Assembly: GCA_963727825.1 (NCBI GenBank)
Contig: CAVSHO010000007.1
Coordinates: forward strand, 260,926 to 324,925
Direction: 5' to 3'
Length of the DNA stretch: 64,000 bases
Source: Ignavibacteriota bacterium
Lineage (GTDB): Bacteria > Bacteroidota > Ignavibacteria > UBA10030
Shown here: one piece after another, positions 55,451-64,000 of the stretch
Numbering within the stretch: position 1 is the stretch's first letter
Layout of the letters: each line of letters opens with the position of its first letter
Program-made: the position numbers and the translations under genes
Notes under the pieces: model-generated
What the model saw: only the letters and a program-made list of their open reading frames with translations
What the model was told of the DNA's origin: nothing
The model's database searches: none

Positions 55451-56465
55451 TTAGCTCTTCTTCTGATGCGGCGTGCCAATGTACGGGAACTCCTTGAGAA
55501 TGTCGGTGTGCGGCTTGAGGCCGGTGGGGGGAATATCGCCCTTGGAGAGGAAGGCAAGGCGATGATCGATGACGTCGTCAGTAAAAGACGCGGCCGTTTG
55601 GATACTTCGCGGGCTTCGAAGGATCGAAGCACAGCATGTCGGGCAGAATGCGGTCAGCATCGATCGCGGCGATTGCTTCTTCGCGGGTGTAATTGCCCGT
55701 ATGCCCCATCAAGTGAACAAACTGATCCGTCCAACGCTTGCGATCGTTGACCGGCTCGCTGGCGTTGTATTCCAATTTGGTGTCGTCGGTATTGAAGAAG
55801 CTGCTGACGCTCGGGTGGCCGGCGCGATCGACATGAAGCAGCTTGCCGTCCTTGCGCACGCTGCACCGCCCCCAGATCCGGATCTCCGGGTTCGCTCCGA
55901 GCTCGCTTGTCGGCAGCTCGATCACTGTCGAGAACACATTGGCTTCCGTATTTGAATCCACGCCGGTCCACGGAGACTTGCCGCCCAGGTGGGGTGCGGT
56001 GAAATTTCTGCCGCCCGAGGTATCGAACAGATTCTTGATTCCGTCGTAGTCGAAAAAGAAAGCGTCGCTGCGAGTACCGGCGAAGAACGTGTAGGCGCCG
56101 GACTTGACGATGTTGGGGTTGGCGCCGAAGGAGACCTCGGCATCGGCGATGATCTTCGTCCCAACAGCTTCGACCGAGCGGGATTCCGCGCCTTTTGCCA
56201 CGAAGACGTTCACGGTCTGCATACCGTTTTGCGGTGGCGAGAACACGTAACTGATAGCGATGTCCGTCAGGCAGTCTCCGTCGTTGTCAATGTTGAGGCG
56301 GTAGATGGCGTCAGGATGGAGCGCGTCGGCAGTCGGATTTGCATTGAGGATGATCACAGTCCTCGACGGGTCAGTGGGCGACTGGAACGCGTAGAGGTCG
56401 CAGAGGTCGAGTCTTTGGTCCCCGAGAGGTGGACCGAGACTGAGTCCAGTAAAATGGTTCGACAT
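55451..56465 (-). CDS. DUF4331 family protein (one frameshift near 55583)
   Basis: MSNHF...RLDLCDLYAF, FFAGTRSDAFFFD, VDRAGHP, YPNGRVF; shifts at a T4 run into TDDVID...FPYIGTPH. Confidence 0.8.
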
Positions 56466-56681
56466 TTTTTCTCTCTCCTTAAGATAAGCATTTGCTTTTG
56501 GGTCAACGTTGCGGAAGGTTGGATTGTCAAGGACCGGTAGATGAGAAGTGGGTGGGCCTGCGAAAGCCGCGCCTTCAAGAATAGTTCGATGCTGTGATAG
56601 ATGTTCAGGCTGTTGTAGCAAATGCCAAAAATCTTGTCAGAAATGCACCGGAAAACCCGCGTCCTATGAAAATAAGGATTT

Positions 56682-56722
56682 CCGGGGGAAGAGGCGTTTT
56701 GTGAAAACGCCCCTTCCCCCGG
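56682..56722. repeat. GC-rich palindrome adjacent to the IS end
   Basis: CCGGGGGAAGAGGCGTTTT-GTG-AAAACGCCCCTTCCCCCGG. Confidence 0.7.
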
Positions 56723-58264
56723 CAATGCTGTTGACTTAGGGGTGGTGGACCACCTTGGCTTTGGACAAGGCCCATTTATTGAGCGGCCTCTTGGTAACTC
56801 GTTGCTGAGATGGCCTGGGGCGCTTGGGTCGATAGTACGGGACCCGATAGATCTCCTGCAACAACTCCTCGAAGACGGCCACAGCTCTTTCGGGGTCATC
56901 AGCGGCCAGGACTGCAGCGTCGGAGGCAAGGCTCATGATCGCATTCTTGAACTGAGGCTCATGGGAGTCCTCGAAAACCGCCTGAGACACCATCATGAGA
57001 GTCCTGGCGATCACGGTCATGATTGCCGCAGCGTAGAGTTCTTGCCGAATGCTGTTGCAAGTTCGCCCGTGAAATTCTTGGATCTCCAGCGTTTGTTTGT
57101 CATGCCTGTACGCGGTTTCGATTTCCCATCGCCGCCAGTATAGGTCGATCATCTGCTGCATGGGGAACTCGTCACGGTCAAATAGGTTGGTCAAGAGGAC
57201 AGAAACGACGCCAGTCGGGCTTACCAATCTGATGGCTCTTACTCGGATGGGTCTGAGGCTCTTTCGCTCTTCGACCGATACTCGCTGGGTGAAGCCCAGG
57301 CTCGGATCAATGAAGATCACGTCTTCGAGTCTGCCACTGGCGACGAAGGCTTCCACCGCGGGAAAGGTTGAGCGTGACGGGCACCGGATGAGGAAATGTC
57401 CGGAGAAGTCGGTGAGAAGATTTAGCAGAAACTCGTAGCTGGGGTAACCTCGGTCGAAGATCAGCATGCTCTTTGGTCGAACGAATGGTAAAAGCTTGAT
57501 GGCGAGGTCGCGTTCGGACTCGTGGACAGATGCGATGACTCTTGCTATCGGAAAGCGTCGGAAAACGTCATACAGGGTGCAGACGTTGCACTGAGGATAA
57601 TGCCCTTTGCCGGAGTGCTCCAAACCACTGTTGGGATCAAACTCATCCCTTATCTCTTTTGTGGCTGGCATTGTGAACTTGGACAGATCCATGGCGGCAA
57701 CGAGCATGCCATGCCAATGGAATTCAGGGCTCTCGGGCCAAGCCTCGTAGGCCAGGTTGACCGCTTTGTGGAGCAGATTCTCCAGGACATCAGCGGGGAG
57801 TTTCTTTCGAGCTTTGGATATGGCGCTGCGAGAAGCTGCTTCGGCATCAGGCCAAAGGCCGCTTCTCCTCGCATTGCGGAAGAACTCGCCGGACTTTCCT
57901 TCGACTCCTTTGGCCTTTCCGCTGGCGGTAAGGGACAGAAGCAAGACTATGAGCTTCGCCAAAGGAAGGGTACGCTTTCGAGTGAAATCGACTGGAGAGT
58001 TCTTTTCTGAATTGGGAAGATCGTGGGGGATAATCTGGAAGATTTTTCTTACAAATTCATCTGGTTGGCATGAAACTTGACAGCAGGTTATGTGCCATCG
58101 TGAACTCCTTTGGAAGAATTTTTCTGAAGCTAACGAACATTACACTCAATAATCATCTAAGACAATCTTATCGCGCGAATGCCGCATAATGTCAACGCAC
58201 TTCCGGTGTGAACTTGTCGCGCCTGACCTCGATGTCATCAGGACTGCTTAATTCAACAGCATTG
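56723..58264 (-). mobile_element. IS4-family insertion sequence (1542 bp)
   Basis: Terminal IRs CAATGCTGTTGACTTAGG (56723-40) and, reverse-complemented, CAATGCTGTTGAATTAAG (58247-64), 16/18 identical, enclosing a DDE transposase. Confidence 0.85.
56736..58098 (-). CDS. IS4 family DDE transposase (frameshift in first codons)
   Basis: AAGGAG RBS before ATG 58098, out of frame with the body; DFTRKRTLP, SAISKARKKL, FDRGYPSY, LLTNL, LYWRRWEIETAYR..K (YREK signature). Confidence 0.85.
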
Positions 58265-58540
58265 TCCGGAAACCGTGGCCGACAAATTTCAACGCCGCTG
58301 CCCACCTTTCTCGGTTTCCATTAGCGGCGGACGGTGTTCAACATTCATCCCGCCCTTGATAGCGCATTCTTGCGCCGACGTCCACAAAGAGCCGCTTGTC
58401 TCTGTAATTGCGGAGGGTTGCTTACAGCCAGGACGCTGCTCTGCTCCTGTGGAAAAATCGCTTGACATGGGTACAAATAGCATTATCATCAATTACCCTT
58501 AGTCATTCACCTACCGGCTTCGCCGGAAAATCGTATTGCA

Positions 58541-60763
58541 TTGAGTGAAGAAAACAGGGGCGACACAGAGATGTTCTCCTGGTCATATGGCAAAATGGTG
58601 TTGGAAGAGCGGTTTAAATCCTCCCTAATACGAACGCTGCCTTGGGGACGCGCTGCTTCCGTGGGCTCCTGGTGCGTTTTACCGACTGTAATGTTTGGTA
58701 TGATTTTTTTCTGCTTTAGACCTGGATTCGAAGCTCCCATGATCTATGATTCAATTGGATTTATCGAGGCCAACGCTTCCTTGTTTCACCAGCGAGACCT
58801 GCCTGCAGTATTGCAGATAGAACCGTCGCGCCCGCTTTTTATGTTAACAATCTACATTAATTACCTGCTCTTCGGTATGAGTACATATTATTACCGATTG
58901 ATAAGTGCTTTATTATTAGCAATCGCCGGTTCGGGATTATTTGTCTTTCTGTACCTGGTACTTGGCATCCAGAATGGCTTGGTGGCGACAAGTTCCAAGA
59001 CTAGATTCGCAGTATGCTGCTTCCTCGCATCCTGCTTTGTTTTGCACCCACTTCAGCCGCTAGTAGTGTTGTATTTGTGGCAGCGGGCCGCTCTTCTGTC
59101 GAGCCTTTTTTACTATTGGGCCGTGTCGGCTTATCTGGCTACCAGGCTTGGGCTGGGACGGTTCAGACACTCGGGGTTGGGCTACCTAGCTACAGGTAGT
59201 CTTTTCTTGGCTGGATTGATGAGCAAGGAGAACGCCATAACTTTGCCGGCTGTTTTCTTACTGCTGGAATGGACTTTTTTTCGGCATAGGGGTTCCAGCT
59301 TTATCCGACAATGCCGTACCATTATTCAGGTTTCCTTGCCAGTAGTTATGATTCACCTGGTGATCACTCACAGCCTTTACGGAGCTGGTAGCCTTCATTC
59401 AGGGAGTGTTATCGATTATCTTAGATATAACTATGAAGCCGCTGGAACTAGTCTGTATACGGTTGGGCTAACTGAAGCGCGAGTCTGGTTTGCCTACTTG
59501 TCGGCAATCGTGGATCCCTTCTTTCACCGTGTGCCGTTCGTCAAGGCTGAGACGTTATCCAGTTCCTTTATTCACCCATGGACAACTCTCTTGGCGCTTG
59601 CTGGCTGCGCGGTGTTGATCGGAATTAGCCTCAAATGTGCCCGAAATAGACCGATTGTTGCCTTCTCTTTGCTATTCTTTATCATCACCCTGCTGCCCGA
59701 GTCTTTCCTGAATCCCCGGTATCTTTTCTGCGGATATAGGTGCATTCTTCCAATGGCTGGCGTGCTTCTATTGGTGGGGTATGCAGCAGTCCTGTTGCTT
59801 CAGTGGAATAGGGAGATGGGCTTCGTGAGACGACTCGGAGTCTGGCTTGGTGCTTCAGCGCTTCTAGTAATAGCGTTGTTCGGGACCTGCACATTTTCGA
59901 AAGCTGACCGTTGGATGCCTATTGACCTCTGGGCAGAATCCTATTCTGAACTACCGGAGCTTTCGGACCAAGTTGAGAAAATGCCCTACCTCGATGTAAT
60001 CATGAATTACAGCGCAGCACTCTTGATCTCAGACAACCCATTGAAGGTCTTAGACATTATCGAGAGAGCCTTTCCCGGAGACCGGACGGCTATTGTCGAC
60101 AGGTCCAATACCCAGGTGAGGCCCAACTCAAGTGTTCTTCACAGGGATGTCGCTACAGAGAATGGGTCGTTGGTAAATATTCCGCCCCAAATACGCTCGA
60201 GAATATTAGTCAACTACGGCCAGGCATTGAAGAGAATGGGCAATCTAAAAGAAGCGGCGAATTGCTTCAGGCGCTCACTGGAATTCGATATTGGCTCAGT
60301 GTGGGGGCATATCAGCCTAGGCCTGGTCTTGGAAGAGCAAGGTGAATTCCAGCAGGCCTTGACCCATTACGCGACTGCGGTGAAACTTGCCCCCAATTCC
60401 CCTGAAGCACACTTTAATTATGGCAACGCTCTGGCAAGAACCATGAAATTAAGTGAAGCTGTCAGTTGCTATCGAACGTCAATAAGACTCGAACCCAATC
60501 ATAGTCGAACACACTTGAACCTAGGATACACCCTGATGGCGCTGGGAGACTTTTCTGCTGCTAGGAAAAGCCTCCGGACCGCTGAGGCACTAGGAATTGG
60601 AGATGCCCAATTGTTCAACGCAATAGGGGTATGTTTTGCCACTGAGGGGCTGAAAAACGATGCGAGGAAGTATTTTGAGCGTGCTCTCCTCTTTGACAGG
60701 GCATATGAGGAAGCAAGGATTAATCTTAGAATCCTCGGCGAAGCCGTTAAAGATTCTGAATGA
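58541..60763 (+). CDS. TMTC-like multi-pass membrane protein with C-terminal TPR repeats
   Basis: SRPL, FVLHPLQ, LMSKENAITLP, more than 10 TM helices, about 5 TPRs (AHFNYGNAL, THLNLGYTL); start uncertain. Confidence 0.75.
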   Translation: MSEENRGDTEMFSWSYGKMVLEERFKSSLIRTLPWGRAASVGSWCVLPTVMFGMIFFCFRPGFEAPMIYDSIGFIEANASLFHQRDLPAVLQIEPSRPLFMLTIYINYLLFGMSTYYYRLISALLLAIAGSGLFVFLYLVLGIQNGLVATSSKTRFAVCCFLASCFVLHPLQPLVVLYLWQRAALLSSLFYYWAVSAYLATRLGLGRFRHSGLGYLATGSLFLAGLMSKENAITLPAVFLLLEWTFFRHRGSSFIRQCRTIIQVSLPVVMIHLVITHSLYGAGSLHSGSVIDYLRYNYEAAGTSLYTVGLTEARVWFAYLSAIVDPFFHRVPFVKAETLSSSFIHPWTTLLALAGCAVLIGISLKCARNRPIVAFSLLFFIITLLPESFLNPRYLFCGYRCILPMAGVLLLVGYAAVLLLQWNREMGFVRRLGVWLGASALLVIALFGTCTFSKADRWMPIDLWAESYSELPELSDQVEKMPYLDVIMNYSAALLISDNPLKVLDIIERAFPGDRTAIVDRSNTQVRPNSSVLHRDVATENGSLVNIPPQIRSRILVNYGQALKRMGNLKEAANCFRRSLEFDIGSVWGHISLGLVLEEQGEFQQALTHYATAVKLAPNSPEAHFNYGNALARTMKLSEAVSCYRTSIRLEPNHSRTHLNLGYTLMALGDFSAARKSLRTAEALGIGDAQLFNAIGVCFATEGLKNDARKYFERALLFDRAYEEARINLRILGEAVKDSE

Positions 60764-60992
60764 GCTTGAACGCTTGTGTGCTCATTAAGTGAGGGGTAGA
60801 TTGGGAGCGGATTGGGGCCGTCCAGCTATCGGCGCATGCTACGACCACGAAAAACTGTTTGGCTGCTGGGTGAGAAACTTGACCCCGACGGGACGGAGAG
60901 TCATCTGTAACGTCCGTGAACTCAGGGTCTGCTTTCTCCTACCTGTGATAGGTTTGACGCTTGCTCAAACGGTCATGGCAATAAGGAACTAC

Positions 60993-61412
60993 GGCATTCT
61001 GGTGGGCACGCAGATGATCGCCAAGGGGCACGACATCCCCAATGTCACGCTGGTGGGCGTGGTGTCGGCGGATGTGGGGCTGGGCGTGCCGGATTTCCGC
61101 GCGGCCGAGCGCACCTTTCAACTGCTCACGCAGGTGGCCGGGCGCGCGGGACGCGGCAGCGTGCCGGGGATCGTGCTCATCCAGACCATCAATCCCGATC
61201 ACTATGCCGTGCGCATAGCGGCGGCGCAGGACTACCAGGCTTTTTACGAAAAGGAACTGGCCTTCCGGCGCATGATGCGCTACCCGCCGTTCAGCGCCAT
61301 GGCCAACGTTCTGGTGCGGAGCGAGAAGAAAGAGATGGCGATGCGCCTGAGTTCCGAGTTTGGCCATCCTGCTCACACCGCCCCCGGAAAAACTCCGCGT
61401 GATGGGGCCAGC
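60993..61412 (+). CDS. priA: Primosomal protein N' (PriA), internal fragment
   Basis: [39 protein letters not shown]; GC-rich and truncated at both ends. Confidence 0.85.
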
Positions 61413-61419
61413 AAGAGGC

Positions 61420-61988
61420 GCCGGTGGCGCGCACACGAGTTTCTAAGCTACGTCGCGGCGCCGATGGCCAACGCCAGCAACTGGGTGGAGCGAGTCACGC
61501 AACGTTTGCTGCAAGAGCCGGACGCCTACCTCGCCGCCCAGGGCCTGGGCAGATTCGAACGGTCGTACAACGGCCCGGGCGCGGTGTGGACGGGCCTTCC
61601 ACTCATGGAGCCGTATCTGCGACCGGTTGCCCTCAGCAACGGCGCTTTCGTTTTTGGCGGGCTGGCCCGAGCGCGCTCACCAACCGCCCGCCGGCTCCCG
61701 GGTTGCTCGCCACGGTTGTCGGGGACACGAACCAGGTCGCCTACGACTGGGAATTCACCGGGCCGCGGCTTCACGCCTGGCTGAATTTCAGTCAGTTGAT
61801 TCGATTGGCTCTGCACCTCGCCCAGGTGCGCCCGGATCGGCGAACCAGTGGCCCCGCGCCCTGGAGCCCAAGCTGGGCAATTGCGTAACCGCGGTGAGGC
61901 GGACCGGGCCGGCCCAACTCTCGTTGATCCGTCGCTCCGGAATGGGCTTAACCTCGGCCGAGTTGGAAACTGGCTGGCGGATTGGTTC
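61420..61988 (+). CDS. Hypothetical protein fragment, frameshifted
   Basis: Protein-like stretches in alternating frames ([11 protein letters not shown]; [12 protein letters not shown]; LGNCVT...[12 protein letters not shown]). Confidence 0.4.
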
Positions 61989-61989
61989 C

Positions 61990-62284
61990 GCGATCCCAAG
62001 AAAAGCCTGGGAACAAGCCGTCGACGCCGTCGATCGGCAACGTCAACATGATCGGCACCATCCCCGGCACCGAAGTGCATTGGGGCCTGGTGCTGGGGAT
62101 CGTCGCTTGCATCCTCGCCTATATCCTGATCAACCACACCGTGTTCGGCTTCTCGGCCCGCGTCGCGGGCGGCAATGTCCGCGCCGCGCGCATGGTCGGC
62201 CTGCCCGTCGGCAAGCTGATCCTGATCACCTGCTTCATCGGCGGCGCGGCGGCGGGCCTGGCCAGCATGGTCGAAGTCGCCGCG
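61990..62284 (+). CDS. Sugar/nucleoside ABC transporter permease fragment
   Basis: NKPST, VHWGL, TVFGFSARVAGGNVRAARMVGL, GGAAAGLASMVEVAA. Confidence 0.75.
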
Positions 62285-63925
62285 CGAGACGGATGCGGCT
62301 TGTGGAGAGGTAGTCATTGAAGATTCCTAGCCTGCGCAGGCTCTTGTCGCGTGAGGAGGCAACGAGGCCGTAGCGAGCCTCCGGCTCGCCGTCGAATCTC
62401 CGGGGGAATACGCGCGGGCTTGGTCTAGGTCGCGCGTCATCCGCAGTTGGTAATCTTGCTTGTCGAGGCTCTCACACAGCTGATGCGCGCGAGCTCCGTC
62501 GTTGCCCTTGAGCAGTACTTCAACCCACTCGTCTAGGTCCGAGCAGAAGTGGTAGCGGAGCTCGACCTGGAGGTCGAGCTCCGCGGATTCCACGAGATGG
62601 CATGACAAGACGGCGCCACCGGCGTCTGGTCCTGAGAAGGTCTCTTCGAGAACTCCCCTCGGTGCATGGACCGTCCAACCATCAGGTTGGCCGGCCCGGG
62701 ACAGTGCCTGACGCCATTGGGCGAGACCGGCTTCCTCGCCGACGTGAATCTCCTGCCCTGAGCCGATCAGCCCAACCAGGACGCACCATTCCGGGACGCG
62801 CTCGCCGAACTCCACGAATAGCTCGGGTTCTGACTTCGCAACGGTGAGGTGGCGTTTGTCTGCCACCTGCTGCGGATCCCATGCCCGCTGGGCCTCGTCG
62901 TACACAATCAGATGTTCCTGCGGCACGGCGCTGGTGTCGCCCATGTAGTAGTTCACGTAGTCCCACACGTGGCGCACGAATACCTTGCCCCCACCACCCA
63001 CTTCGCGCAGCTCGTGTTGGAGCACCTTGACCAGCGGTTGGTTGCCCGAGAGGAATACGCCTGGAGCCGAAGGCTTTCCACCCGCGCGCTCGACCGCGAG
63101 ATCGTCAAGTGCGGGATTGTGGACGGCGCTGAGGCCAACCAGCGTCTTCCCCGACCCTGGCACGCCGGTGACCAGCACCAGATGACGTGAGTGTGTGAGC
63201 GCGGCTTCGTGCGCGACCCTGGCGATTTCGTCGATTGCCGGTTGGGTGGCCGCGCGCGCTCGATGAATGGGGCGAATCTTATTGTGGAGGAACAGCTCCC
63301 GGGCTGCTTGGACCAGGGTGGGGAGTGGGCAGTAGGCGTCGTGGGCCAGGAATTGGTCGGCTGTGAGAGGACCGTCCGCCCACGGGCGCTGGAGCCGTTG
63401 AATGAGCCCGTGGAGGGAGTCGGGGCCCGCTATGTGGACGCCGTTGCGAACTCCGGCGTACCCCTTGGCGTGCGTTGGAACGACGACGGCGTGCACCTCG
63501 CGCTCCGCACAATGCTTGTGGTAGCAGCGCAGGTCACGCGCGTATGCTGCCGCCTGATCCAGGTCGGCTTCGTCCGGTCGCTCCTTGCCCTTTAGCTCGA
63601 GGACAACAACGGCCCCGCTGACGAGCAAGACCACATCTGGTCGGCGGGACTCGAGCGGCAGCTCGTACTCGAGGATGGCCGTGTACGTGTCGGCGAGGTC
63701 GTCGAGGATGACGACCTCGCCGACCTGGTGCTGCAGCTGAGGGATCGACTCGTCCCAGGCAATGACCTGAAGCTCTCCCGCACCTTGTAGGAAATCCTCA
63801 AGCTTGACCCTGACGATGCGGGGCTCCGCTTCGGAGAAGGTCGGGAAGTCACTCTCCCAACCGCAGCGAGCTCTGACGGAATCGAACGGCCTGAGTACCA
63901 TTTTGCCCCCTGCTTGGCCGGACAT
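62284..63925 (-). CDS. DUF2075 / Schlafen-group-3-like helicase with N-terminal PD-(D/E)xK nuclease-like domain; 3'-truncated, frameshift near 62403
   Basis: RRPDVVLL...VLELK; Walker A GVPGSGKT; Walker B VYDEAQR; LIGSGQEIH.GEE; after the shift ARYGLVASSRDK. Confidence 0.8.
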
Positions 63926-64000
63926 GCTATGGATCCTATGTGACGATCAGTTGCGAGAACAGCCAACAATTCCCGCGGTGGCGGTCCCGTTTGCTAAACT

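Noticed and set aside
55578-56621. N-terminally extended DUF4331 ORF (347 aa)
   Set aside because: The family start MSNHF with a purine-rich RBS is at 56465; the extension is read-through from a relic.
60789-61784. 331-aa ORF as a novel PriA fusion
   Set aside because: It crosses two apparent contig junctions and a frameshift, so it is a chimeric artefact.

Overview
The window is not one continuous genome. Bases 1 to about 45,595 are an AT-rich, gene-dense contig whose T9SS sorting domains look Ignavibacteria-like. It carries housekeeping genes (uppP, cyclophilin, holA, mltD, trmH, namZ, plsC, gatC, kdsB, pyrG, recG) and a TetR/HlyD/ABC/TolC efflux operon. It also holds three unusual loci: (1) a six-gene SusD-less TonB-receptor/PorV/T9SS-cargo locus with OB-fold repeats; (2) a promoter-to-terminator four-gene operon of two non-canonical Ddl-like ATP-grasp ligases, a GNAT and a lysine 2,3-aminomutase; (3) an in-frame fusion of an aconitase C-terminal domain to an apparently catalytically dead M48 membrane peptidase. 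After about 45.6 kb the sequence appears to be several unrelated, often frameshifted fragments joined without spacers. These are a giant repeat-rich T9SS protein, a PstS-like gene, a recD2 pseudogene, an isolated attC site, a DUF4331 gene, a complete IS4-family element inserted in a palindrome, a TMTC-like TPR membrane protein, and GC-rich fragments of priA, an ABC permease and a DUF2075 nuclease-helicase. The best candidate for an undescribed system is the ATP-grasp x2/GNAT/KamA operon, followed by the AcnA-pseudo-M48 fusion. All family calls come from motif recognition by eye; no searches were run.
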